Source of the DNA: Euglena gracilis
Taxonomy: Eukaryota
DNA: 64,000 nt
Direction: 5' to 3'
Assembly: GCA_039621445.1 (NCBI GenBank)
Contig: CP154954.1
Location: forward strand, 38,301,703 to 38,365,702
Part shown: positions 1 through 11,148 of the stretch, piece after piece
Numbering within the stretch: position 1 is the first letter of the stretch
How the letters are laid out: every line of letters begins with the position of its first letter
Position numbers and translations under genes: made by a program
Notes under the pieces: model-generated
Told to the model about the DNA's origin: nothing
Database searches by the model: none
What the model saw: only the letters and a program-made list of their open reading frames with translations

Positions 1-1048
1 GGACACTCGGCCAAGGGGGGGGGTCCCTATTTTGCCATGCCGAGGGCGCCAAAGAAAATTTTCTTGGAAAACCCCCGCGCACCCCTCCCCCCCCCATCCG
101 GGACCCCCTCGCCACGCCAAAACCCCCCCCTGGCCGGACGGCTTGCCATGGCATGCCCACCCCCCGGGGGGTGGGCAGGGGGGCGGCCGCCCCCCCCTGA
201 GGTATTTTCGTCCTCCCCACCGAGGATTTTCTTGACTCAAAACTTTTTCACCCCCCTCCGAAAAAAAGTTACCCTCCAAAAAATTTTTGCAGTTTGTGAA
301 AAAATTCTTTCAGGCTCAGAACCCAACTTTTCATTGAATTTCCAAGTTTGTGCTGTTGGACATCGCTACTGTCTCGCCGCCCTTTGGGCGGACAAACAAG
401 CCCAAAACTAATGGGTTGGAGGGGGAAAAAGTCTTCCTTTTTTCGATTTGGGGTTGTTGTTTGTCAATATCTCCATTGCAGCACATGTATCTTGACTAGG
501 CTGGTAACGTTCAATTTTTAAGAGAGCAACCAATTTCTGTTGACAAATTTGCTCTTTTTGGGGAAGCTTTTTTGGGAAAATTGCACTACCGTCCAGCCGC
601 CCTTCAGGCGGAAATAGATTTTTTTTGTTCCATGCAAAATGCCTCAGAGGGGGCGGGTTTTGGGAAACAACCTCTTTTTTTTTTGCATTTTGTTCTCGTT
701 TGAAACCCCAAAGCACAAAAGGCAACACCGTCTTGCCGCCCGTTGGCGGCTTGAATGCTTCCAAATTGTGATGGATTTGTGCCATCATGTCAATAATTTA
801 CCACATTTTTTTGTCACGTTCAATGCCTTCTTTCAAAAAAAAGCACTACCGTCTCGCCGCCCTTCGGGCGGGAAAAAGAAAACAACACACACAATATTGG
901 TCACAGGGGTTTTTTTTAGTCGTGGACCCCTGAGGGGGGGGGTAGGGTGGGTGGGTCTCCCCCTCGGGGAGGTCCCCCCTGTGGGGAGTGGGATATGCTT
1001 TGGCGCCAAAAATTTTTGAAAAGGTGCTATGTTTGGAATTTTTCTGTT

Positions 1049-1220
1049 TACCACCCCCCCTTTATTGTCCCCCCCTTTATTGTCCCTGGGCCCTGGCCGA
1101 CGAGGGGTTTTTTTTGGCCCGGTCAATGAAATTCCTTTGGTACCCCTTTATTGTCCCCCCCCCCTTATTGTCCGGTCGGGCCTCCCGGGGGCAGGTCGGT
1201 GGGACAATAAAGGGGTGGGA
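1049..1220. mobile_element. TA-flanked MITE (TIR taccacccccc-tttattgtccc); inverted copy at 9382-9560
   Basis: Terminal inverted repeats tttattgtccc / gggacaataaa; near-identical reverse-complement copy at 9382-9560. Confidence 0.8.
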
Positions 1221-1756
1221 ATGGCCAGTGCCAACTTCGCTTCTAGCCCAGGATCTCGCCACCCCCCCCTTCGAGAAAAAATTGTTTCTACACCACTGGC
1301 TGTGGTGCGCACTTTCAGTGCGCAAATTTCTTTGGAGACTCCGCTACGGAAATGCGTTGCTCGGAAAATTGTGCAAGCGGCACTTTTTGTGAAATTCAAT
1401 TTGCTGAAACTTCAGGAATAACAATCTCATCCCACCGAACCTTCGTGAGCGCAAGAAGTTTTTCTACCATGAGGAGGTAACATGCGACGTTGATGTAAGG
1501 TCACACCGGTCACATATGACCCGTAAAAACTACCATGTTCCCCCCGCGACCCCCCTTCCCCCCCGACCCCTACACCTCCATGGTGTATTGTGGTGTACTG
1601 TGGTGGTGGTATAGTGGACTGCCATTGTCACAATAAAGCTCATGTTCCCGCCTTTGTATTTGATGCTTCCTGGCCTTCACTCCCCCCCTTGATGCTTGAT
1701 GGATGATTGCAACGAGCAAATGTTTAATTTCTTTTCTCGGACACATAGGCGACATA

Positions 1757-2070
1757 TACCATTACCCTCCCTAAACGACCCCACCTTAAATGACCCTCGG
1801 GGGTCCGGGCCCGGACAATGGAAAATTTTTTTCAAGGAAAAAGTCTTCAAAACCGACCGATTTTTTGAGATTTTCAGAAAAGTGAGTTTTCCTTCTTCAT
1901 TGATGCCAAAGAACACAAATTCCACAAAAAAATTACAAAAAAAAACGGGGTAGGGGGTGTCCGAGACCCTTTTTTTTTTCGACCCCCCCCTGAGTGACCC
2001 CCCGCCCTTAAGTGACCCTCCGGGGTCCTGGCCTGGACAAGAGGGGGGTCATTTAGGGGTGGTAATGGTA
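1757..2070. mobile_element. TA-flanked MITE (TIR taccattacc...ggtaatggta); inverted copy at about 27183-27474
   Basis: TIRs visible at both ends; a second copy of the whole body lies in reverse orientation at 27.2-27.5 kb. Confidence 0.8.
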
Positions 2071-2244
2071 AGTACAGGCAGAGGTAGGGGTATTTCTTGG
2101 CAACGGCCACCGTGGGCTTTGTCGGCTTTCGGCAGCGACTGCCCAACGACCCCCTCCCCCAGCCACGCAGGTGTTCGCCCAGACGGTCCTCCACGACGAC
2201 CAAGGTGCGCCTGCAGAATGACTACGGCGCCAACCGGCGGTACG

Positions 2245-4517
2245 GGCTCCCGGATCTGGCCTGGGGGGGGGTTGTGGGCTGACCCTAGGGTCGGCCCAAT
2301 ACGACCCTAGGGTCGCTAGGGTCGCTAAAGTCGACCCCCCCCCCCCGGGACGTGGGGTGGGCCGACCCTAGGGTCGTCGGTGCTAGGGTCGTGGGCCGAC
2401 CCTGGGGTCGGCCCCCTTGTGTTGCTACTCCCTAGCAACACAAGGGAGTAGCCCCCCAAAACGACCCGGAAACACAAGGGATTTTGTTATTTTGGGGCCC
2501 CTCGAACAGTTGAGCAACACAAGGGATTTGCCCCCCAAAAGGACTTGGAAACACAAGGGATTAGCCCCCCAAAACGACTTGGAAACACAAGGCATTTGCC
2601 CCCCAAAACGACCCAGAAACACAAGGGATTTTGTTATTTTGGGGCCCTCAATCAGTTGAGCAACACAAGGGATTTGCTCCCCCAAAACAACTTGGAAACA
2701 CAAGGGATTTTTTTTATTTTGGGGCCCTCGTTATTATTTTAGCATAAGTAACTAATATCAATATTCCATCTTTTGTTTTCTTTTGTATTTGAAGGCCAAA
2801 AAAATTTTCGAAATTTTTTTGATAGGGGGGGCGAGGTCGTGTGGTGCCCCAAAATAACTAAATCCCTTGTGTTTCCAAGTCGTTTTGGGGGGCTAATCCC
2901 TTGTGTTTCCGGGTCGTTTTGGGGGGCAAATCCCTTGTGTTTCCAAGTCCTTTTGGGGGGCAAATCCCTTGTGTTGCTCAACTGTTCGAGGGCCCAAAAA
3001 TCACAAAATCGTTTGTGTTTCCAAGTCGTTTTAGGGGGCAAATGCCTTGCGTTGCCTCACTGTTCGAGGGCCCTAAAATAACGAAATCCGTTGTGTTTCC
3101 AACTCGGTTTGGGGGGCAAATCCCTTGTGTTGCTCAACTGTTCGAGGGCCCCAAAATAACTAAATCCCTTGTGTTTCCAAGTCGTTTTGGGGGGCTAATC
3201 CCTTGTGTTTCCAAGTCCTTTTGGGGGGCAAATCCCTTGTGTTGCTCAACTGTTCGAGGGCCCCAAAATAACTAAATCCCTTGTGTTTCCAAGTCGTTTT
3301 GGGGGGCAAATCGCTTGTGTTGCTCAACTGTTCGAGGGCCCCAAAATAACTAAATCCCTTGTGTTTCCAAGTCGTTTTGGGGGGGCAAATCCCTTGTGTT
3401 GCTCAACTGTTCGAGGGCCCAAAATAACCAAATCCCTTGTGTTTCCAAGTCGCTTTGGGGGGGCAAATCCCTTGTGTTTCCAAGTCCTTTTGGGGGGCAA
3501 ATCCCTTGTGTTGTTCAACTGTTCGAGGGGCCCAAAAATAACAAAATACCTTGTGTTTCCAAGTCGTTTTGGGGGGGCAAATCCCTTGTGTTGCTCAACT
3601 GTTCGAGGGCCCCAAAATAACTAAATCCCTTGTGTTTCCAAGTCGCTTTGGGGGGCTAATCCCTTGTGTTTCCAAGTCCTTTTGGGGGGCAAATCCCTTG
3701 TGTTGTTCAACTGTTTGAGGGGCCCAAAAATAACAAAATACCTTGTGTTTCCAAGTCGTTTTGGGGGGGCAAATCCCTTGTGTTGCTCAACTGTTCGAGG
3801 GCCCAAAAATCACAAAATCCCTTGTGTTTCCAAGTCGTTTTGGGGGGCAAATGCCTTGCGTTGCCTCACTGTTCGAGGGCCCTAAAATAACGAAATCCGT
3901 TGTGTTTCCAACTCGGTTTGGGGGGCAAATCCCTTGTGTTGCTCAACTGTTCGAGGGCCCCAAAATAACTAAATCCCTTGTGTTTCCAAGTCGCTTTGGG
4001 GGGCTAATCCCTTGTGTTTCCAAGTCCTTTTGGGGGGCAAATCCCTTGTGTTGTTCAACTGTTCGAGGGGCCCAAAAATAACAAAATCCCTTGTGTTTCC
4101 GGGTCGTTTTGGGGGGCAAATCGCTTGTGTTTCCAAGTCGTTTTGGGGGGCAAATCCCTTGTGTTGCTCAATTGTTCGAGGGCCCCAAAATTACAAAAAA
4201 CCTCATGTCACCAAGCATTTTTGGGGTGTATTTTAGCATAAGTAATCAATATCAGTCTTTCCTCCTTTTGTTTTCTTTGTATTTGAAGGCCCAAAAGATC
4301 AAAAAAAATTCGAATTTTTTTTGATAGGGGGGTCGAGGTCGTGGGGTGGGCCGACCCCAGGGTCGACCCTGGGGTCGGCCCACGACCCTAGGATGGGCGA
4401 CCCTAGGGTCGGCCCACGACCCCAGAGCGACTTTAGCGACCCTAGCGACCCTAGGGTCGTATTGGGCCGACCCTAGGGTCGGCCCACAACCCCCCCCCCA
4501 GGCCAGATCTACCCCCC
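2245..4517. mobile_element. MULE/foldback-like non-autonomous element with long TIRs and internal satellite
   Basis: 9-bp direct repeat ggcggtacg at 2236-2244 and 4518-4526; TIR gatctggcctgggggggggttgtggg...gtcgctaaagtcg matches cgactttagcgac...cccacaacc...caggccagatc. Confidence 0.85.
2416..4195. repeat. Minisatellite (core aaatcccttgtgtttccaagtcgttttggggggc / gttgctcaactgttcgagggccc); 2416-2730 inverted relative to 2847-4195
   Basis: Repeated 30-80 bp modules seen directly; orientation switches near 2735-2845. Confidence 0.9.
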
Positions 4518-4707
4518 GGCGGTACGGCAACTTCCTGCGGGGCACGTACATCATCCTGAAGGAAGAGGGCCTACCCATATGGGTATAAGGGGGTCCAGGG
4601 GGGAATAAGGGGGGGAACCCTTCCTGCTGAGGTAGCAGCACACACCTGGCAGCGTGGAATATAGCTGGCACTTCGTCTAAAACGAAGTAAAAAAAAACAC
4701 TTTTTTT

Positions 4708-5407
4708 CAGGGTTGGGCAATTAACCGTTATTATTGGGGTCAAGCGATTAACCATGGTTAACTGGGGGTCAACAAGCGATTAACCAATTTTCGATTAACT
4801 GTGCTTTTCCCTCGATTAATTTCGATTAACCACCACAAAAAAATTCAAAGTGTCCCCACCCTTGAGTAGTGTTGTACACCTTGCCAAATTGTGACTCCAG
4901 TGATTTGCGCAATCGCCTTGGTGATTGCTCCGTTGATGCGCTCATGTTTGTGCAAATGAATTTACGCCAACTTGGCTGTCTGGCCCATTTGACAGGCAAC
5001 GGAGATCCGTGGTTTTCATTTTTTTGGTTTGTTCGGCTCATGATCTATCCAATGAATGAGAGCCTGAGCTCTGGTTTGGCGACGATGATTTCAGGCACCT
5101 CTGATGACAATCACCACCCCTCCTCCGAAGGAGTTATGTTGGGTTTTGCAGTTGAAAAGTGCCTCTTTTCCAAAAGGGAACTTTAATTGCCCACACAACA
5201 GGGTCCATCCCAACCCAGTCCCCAAAGGTTAGAGAAATGTTCCCAAACCCATTTGATTTCTGCCAAAAAAAAGGTCGATTAACTGGGGGGGCCACAAGCG
5301 ATTAACCGTTTTTTGATTAACCATGGTTAATTGTCCCCCCCACAAACGATCGATTAACTGGGGGGTCACAAGCGATCAACCGTTTTTCGATTAACCATCC
5401 AACCATG
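4708..5407. mobile_element. hAT-like MITE (TIR cagggttgg...ccaacc(a/c)tg), 8-bp TSD cttttttt
   Basis: TSD at 4700-4707 and 5408-5415; subterminal cgattaacc repeats; second copy at 5659-8385. Confidence 0.85.
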
Positions 5408-5800
5408 CTTTTTTTAAAAAAAAACATGTTTTTTTCAAAAAAAAAACAAAAAATACGCCATTTTTGCCACACCGAGGAAAATTTTTTATGGCACAACCAA
5501 AATGTATTTTTGTCCCCCTGGCCCCGAAGGGGCCGAGACGCTAACACCTTTTTTGAAGCCCAAAAACTTGAGCTACAAAGCGAAATCTGTGTCAAGAACT
5601 GTGTTTGGGCCAAGAGTTAGGGGGTGCCCAGGGGCGCCCCTGCGTGTCGTGGTGCAGGCAGGGTTGGGCAATTAACCGTTATTTTTGGGGTCAAGCGATT
5701 AACCATGGTTAACTGGGGGTCAACAAGCGATTAACCAAATTTCGATTAACTGTGCCTTTCCCTCGATTAATTTCGATTAACCACCACAAAAAAATTCAAA

Positions 5801-6247
5801 GGAGGCTAGACGCGCCGCTCGGGGGGGGTCCGGGACGCTCCCCCCCCCCTGCGCGGCCCCCGCGCGGCTGCCCGTGCGGCCGCTTGCCCCCCCCCGGACC
5901 CCCCCCCTCCCCCCACTATGCCTAGCATAGCCAAGAAAAAAATTTTTTGGTGAAAAAATCGCGATTTTTTGAGGCCCAACCAAAAATGACCATTTTCGGA
6001 CACAAAACGGCAAATTTGGGGGCCGCGCGCTCTGCGCGCGGCCAAAAAAGCATTTTTTTGGTCAAAAATGGCCCAAAAATGGCAAAAAATGACCACTTTT
6101 TGGACCCAAAAATCACCGATTTTAGGATGCGTTCCGCCTGCGCGGCGGCCCTCGGGCCCCCCTCCCCCCCCCTCCCCCCCGCGCGGCCGCCCGCGCGGCC
6201 GCTCGCCCCCCCTGGACCCCCCCCCTCCCCCACTGTGCCTAGCCTCC
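5801..6247. mobile_element. PIF/Harbinger-like MITE (TIR ggaggctag...ctagcctcc), 3-bp TSD aaa
   Basis: The empty site ttcaaagtgtcc is seen in the 4708-5407 copy; further copies at 8738-9196 (TSD aat) and 10766-11148 (TSD cat). Confidence 0.85.
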
Positions 6248-7112
6248 AAAGTGTCCCTACCCTTGAGTAGTGTTGTACACCTTGCCAAATTGGTGCTTGA
6301 AAACATCATCCCCAAACCAGAGCTCGGACTCTCATTCATTGGATGGATCGTGAGCCAAACAAACCAAAAAAATGTAAACCACACGGATCTCCGTTGCCTG
6401 TCTAATGGGTCAGATAGCCAAGTTGGCGTAAATTCATTTGCACAAACACGAGCGCATCAACGGAGCAATCACCGGGGGTGGTTCGGGACGCGGGGGGGGG
6501 GACGCGGGGAGGGACGCGGGGGGACGCGGGGGGGAACCGTGGCCCAACCACCCCCACACATTTCCTTTGGCGTCACCTAAATTTGTATGCAATTTTCCTT
6601 TGGTCGACCAAAAAATGTGCCCGGCCAAAATCCGGGACGCGGGGGGGACGCGGGGGGGGGGGGACGCGGAGGGGGGACGCGGGGGGAACACCCCCACTAT
6701 GGCGATTGCGCAAATCACTGGGGTCACAGCTTCTTTTATCTGATGACAATTACCACCCCTCCTCCGAAGGGTTATGTTGGGTGTTGCAGTTGAAAAGTGC
6801 CTCTTTTCCAAAAGGGAACTTCAATTACCACACACAACGGGGTCCATCCCCACCCAGTGTCTACCATGCCCCCCCATTTCAGACCTCCCCTCGGGAGCCA
6901 AATCCTAGGGGGGGGCCTAGGCCCCCCAGGACCGGCCAAAGGGCCGGCCTTTGGCCGGCCAGGGGGGGTCCCCAAAGGGTAAAGAAATGTTCCCAAACCC
7001 AAGACATGTTTGATTTCCGCCAAAAAAAAAGGTCGATTAACTGGGGGGGCCACAAGCGATTATCCGTTTTTCGATTAACCATGGTTAATTGTCCCCCCCA
7101 CAAACGATCAAT

Positions 7113-8332
7113 TGTAACCGTGAATTGAGGCCCGGCGCCTGCCCTGTATTTCGTGGGTGTGAACACGAAATACAGGGCGTTATTTTCAATTCACGAATAC
7201 AGGCTGTATTTGTGAATTGGGTATTCACGAAATACAGGCTGTATTTCGTGAATTGTATTTTTTTGTTTTTAAACAGCTTCTGAAACTAGAAACCTTCTTG
7301 CATCACATCGTCTGAAGTAATTCAGAAAAAAACCAAATGCACAAAGCAAAAGAAAATTGAATGGCATGTCCTCGGTGATAAATGAGGGCGGTGCACAACT
7401 AGTGCAACGTCAAATAGCAAAGTGCCGTGGATTTATGCTGGGAAAGCTGACGAGGTTTGCACGAATGACACACCCATGACCCATGTTCGGGCTCATGGCA
7501 TAAATGCACACAACACCAGTGGTATGAAAGGGAACAAGCATCGCACTGCACTCGATTTCAAGGAGGTGAGCAAATGCGGATTGCTCTGTCCCTGCCATTC
7601 CGGACGCTTTCTTTTTGGCAGCCTCCAGCAGAAGGTTATCGTGCAGGGGGTCAACGGCAGGGTTCTTTCTGTTCTCCCAACCCTGCTTAATTGTGGCCAA
7701 AAATTCAGCAACTTTTGGGGGTTGCGTCAACGTTCTGTCCATGGTGTTTGCCGCTTTCTTCGCTATTTTTTGGAGAACAGAGTGAGGAGAAACACGGTGT
7801 GAAGGTGCGAAAATAGCACTAAAAAGCTCTAAAAAACAAAGAGCATTGTGGGGGGCCTTTGCGGGGGGACCGGCCGCCTTCGGCACCGCCCCCCCCCCCA
7901 AAGTGCCTCCCTATAACTTGGCCTTACATCCATATCTCATTTTCCAGGACCAGGGGTGTGTTATCAATGTGTTCCGGGTCATCTGGACAATGTTTTCACA
8001 TTTTGGTTTCAATTCACGGAATACAGGGCGTTATTTTCAATTCACGAATACAGGCTGTATTTGTGAATTGGGTATTCACGAAATACAGGCTGTATTTCGT
8101 GAATTGGATTTTTTGAAAATTTTGGGCAAAAAAAAGCCCCAAAAGTGCCCGAAACCATGGCGTGAAGCACATCAACGAAATACAGGGCAGGCGCCGGGCC
8201 TCTTAATTAACGGTTACAGAAAAATCGTGGGCTATAACCCGTATACAGGCCGTATAACGGGTCAAGGGCGCCTACGGCGCCCTTGACCCGTTATACGGCC
8301 TGTATACGGGTTATGCCCACGATTTTTATATA
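7113..8332 (-). mobile_element. TSD-less hairpin-ended element, family A (Crypton-like, internally deleted)
   Basis: IR tgtaaccgtgaattgaggcccggcgcctgccctgtatttcg at the left end, with its partner subterminal at about 8176-8218; near-perfect hairpin 8220-8327 with ggcgcc-tac-ggcgcc apex; no TSD relative to the empty site in 4708-5407. Confidence 0.8.
7399..7742 (-). pseudogene. Remnant ORF: N-terminus homologous to the 20984 ORF, fused out of frame to the C-terminal half of a PHD finger
   Basis: 7742-7560 reads MDRTLTQPPKVAEFLATIK...PAVDPL...EQSAFAHLLE; an alternative frame at 7557-7459 reads NRVQCDACSLSYHWCCVHLCHEPEHGSWVCHSC (CxxCxxxxHxxC...WxCxxC). Confidence 0.75.
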
Positions 8333-8737
8333 AACTGGGGGGGTCACAAGCGATTAACCGTTTTTCGATTAACCATCCAACCCTGGTGCAGGGGCGACCA
8401 CGGCACGAAGGCGCCGTGGTCGCCCCTGGGCCCCCCTAAAACCTTGGCCCAAAACACTGTTCTTGTTTGAAACCGTGTTTTGGGCGAAGATTTAAGACTT
8501 TTAAAGTCTCGAAATCGGCCCAAACACGGTTTCAGTGGTAGAACCCCTTTGGAGACCTCCCAACTCAACCCAACTGTCGACTTCAAAACCTGGGGGGGGG
8601 TGAAGAAGCCATTGGGGGTGTTCTCCCCGCGTCCCCCCCGCATCCCCCCTCCGCGTCCCCCCGCGTCCCGGATTTTGGCCGGGCACATTTTTTGGTCGAC
8701 CAAAGGAAAATTACATACAATTTTTGGTGACGCCAAT

Positions 8738-9196
8738 GGAGGCTAGGCGCGCCGCTCGGGGGGGTCCGGGACCCCCCCCTCCCCCCCCCCCCCGCGCGGC
8801 CCCTGCGCGGCCGCCCGCGCGGCCGCTCGCCCCTCCCTGGACCCCCCCCCTCCCCCCACTGTGCCTAGCATAGCCAAGAAAAAAAAATTTTGGTGAAAAA
8901 ATCGCGATTTTTTGAGGCCCAAAAATGACCAAAAATGACCATTTTCGGACACAAAATGGCAAATTTGGGGGCCGCGCGCTCTGCGCGCGGCCAAAAAAGC
9001 ACTTTTTTGGTCAAAAATGGCCCCAAAATAGCAAAAAAATGCCCACTTTTTGGACCGAAAATCACCGATATTAGGATGCGTTCCGCCCGCGCGGCCACCC
9101 TCGGACCCCCTTTCCCCCCCCCCCCCCCGCGCGGCCGCCCGCGCGGCCGCTCGCCCCCCCCCCTCAACACCCCCCCCCCCGCTGTGCCTAGCCTCC
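8738..9196. mobile_element. PIF/Harbinger-like MITE copy 2, TSD aat
   Basis: Same TIR and body as 5801-6247. Confidence 0.85.
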
Positions 9197-9381
9197 AATG
9201 GAAACACGTGGGGGTTGTTGGGCCAAAGTTCCTCCCGCGTCCCCCCCGTGTCCCGAACCACCCCCATTTTTTACACTTTGCGCAAAATCATTTTTTTTGT
9301 TGAAATTCGACAGTTTCGGAGTCACTTTCCGCTCCGAAAAAACAGGCAATTACTTTTTTCGGCCAAGCCACTCAGTCACTT

Positions 9382-9560
9382 TACCACCCCCCCCCCCCTT
9401 TATTGTCCCACTGACCTGCCCCCGGGAGGCCCGACCGGACAATAAAGGGGGGGGGACAATAAAGGGGTACCAAAGGAATTTCATTGGCCGGGCCAAAAAA
9501 ACCCCCCGTCGGCCGGAGCCCAGGGACAATAAAGGGGGGGGACAATAAAGGGGGGGGGTA
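9382..9560. mobile_element. TA-flanked MITE, inverted copy of 1049-1220
   Basis: Reverse-complement match; ends in ta on both sides. Confidence 0.8.
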
Positions 9561-10111
9561 CTCCCCGGGGGGGGGGGGTCAGCCACTCAGGAAAACCAGT
9601 CACTTTTTGGCCTTTCAAAGCCATTTTGGGCCAAAATTTTCTCCGGCGCCTTCGGCGCCGGTTGGCCACTCAGCCACCTTTGGGTGATTTCTGGCCCTAG
9701 GGGGAGGGCCAAAAGACCAGTCAGTTGCTCACCCCCCCGGGGGGGGGGGGTGGGACAGGTGTTAAGTAACGGTCTGATTCAAACAGCCAAGGTGAAAGTG
9801 GTTTGTGGTGTCCCAAAAAGCAATTAGCATCAAAGGAGGAAAAAAAAAGTCGGTTTTTGGCCAAAATCAAACATCAAGAAGTGCCATGGGGTTTTTTTCA
9901 AGGGCTTTATTTCGGCCGCCAAAGGCGGCCGAGAAGGTGATGGGGGTGTCTGGGACGCGGGGGGGACGCGGGGGGGGACGCGGGGGGGGACGAGGGGGGG
10001 GGGGGACGCGGGGGGAACACCCCTGTGAAGTTCACAATTGGGTTTGGCAGGGGGTGGTTTGGACCCCTGGCGAACTTTCAAACGGTGAACTTCACTTTGG
10101 GGAGGAGGACG

Positions 10112-10284
10112 CAGGGCTGACGTTTTTTTTTGTTTTAAAACAAAGCAAAAAAACTTTTATGAATAAAAAACGGTTTAAAAACGTTTTTTTGTTTCAAAAA
10201 AGAGTGTTTTTTTTAAATAAAACACTGCAAATAGGAAAAAAACTTGTTTAAAAACACTTGTTTTAAAACAATGCCTCAGCCCTG
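10112..10284. mobile_element. hAT-like MITE (TIR cagggctga...tcagccctg), 8-bp TSD ggaggacg
   Basis: Perfect TSD at 10104-10111 and 10285-10292; second copy at 19355-19525. Confidence 0.9.
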
Positions 10285-10765
10285 GGAGGACGGGGGTCCA
10301 AAAACCCAAAGTTCACCGCCCGATATCCAAAACCGAGGGGGGGGTCGTATATGGGGGGCATGGTAAATTTTTCCTGACGAGCGCAAAAAAAGTTGCAAAA
10401 ACAAGGATGTCCGCCCCCACGATGGGGGGTTGGTACGCCGTGGCGAGGGGGTCCGAATAGGGGGGGGGGAGTGGGGGAAAAAGGATTGGCGAGGGGGTCG
10501 GCAACCAGGGGGGGGGGGGGGGGTGTACCATGGTTATCCAACAAAATTTTCGTTCAAAAAATCGCGAAAATCGCCGGTGGCGTGGCGAGGGGGTCCGGCC
10601 AGGGGGGGGAGGGGGGTAAATGGCGTGGCGAGCCCCTCGGAGAGGGGGGGGGGGAGGGGTGTACCAACCCCCCGATGGTCCCACATCCCTTTGCCCGGCT
10701 GCCTTCAATGGAGTCTCAAAGACCTTTTTGTTGACTGGTGTCCCACCCCCCAGATGGTGTTCCAT

Positions 10766-11148
10766 GGAGGCTAGGCGTGCCGCTCGGGGGGGTCCGGGAC
10801 CCCCCCCTCCCCCCCTGCGCGGCCCCTGCGCGGCCGCTCGCCCCCCCCCTGGACCCCCCTCCCCCCACTGTGCCTAGCATAGCCAAGAAAAAAAATTTTG
10901 TGAAAAAATCACGATTTTTTTGAGGCCCAAAAATGCGCTCTGTGCGCGGCCAAAAAAGCACTTTTTGAGTCAAAAATGGCCCCAAAATGGCAAAAAATGA
11001 CCACTTTCTGGACCCGAAAATCACCGATTTTAGGATGCGTTCCGCCCGCGCGGCTACCCTCGGACCCCCCTCCCCCCCCCTCCCCTGCGCCACCGCCCGC
11101 GCGGCCGCTCGCCCCCCCTCAGCCCCCCCCCCGCTGTGCCTAGCCTCC
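10766..11148. mobile_element. PIF/Harbinger-like MITE copy 3, TSD cat
   Basis: Same TIR and body as 5801-6247, with an internal deletion. Confidence 0.85.

Larger units (their letters stand above)
2170..4572 (+). pseudogene. Mitochondrial carrier (SLC25 family) exon, interrupted by a MULE-like element and frameshifted at the PxD motif
   Basis: Removing 2245-4517 plus one TSD copy gives TTKVRLQNDYGANRRYGNFLRGTYIILKEEGL, matching the carrier signature Px[DE]xx[KR]xRLQ...EG. The upstream VFAQTVLH (after a cag acceptor) is in another frame, with the P-x-D codons missing. Confidence 0.75.
5659..8385. mobile_element. Second copy of the cagggttgg hAT-like MITE, expanded by nested insertions
   Basis: Collinear with 4708-5407 once 5801-6247, about 6470-6710, about 6860-6975 and 7113-8332 are removed; flanking duplication gtgcagg. 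Confidence 0.85.

Noticed and set aside
7127-8202. Separate TIR transposon (gaggcccggcgcctgccctg) inserted into a palindrome
   Set aside because: The parallel architecture at 19788-21415, including the same TT bulge, shows this IR is part of the larger hairpin element's ends.
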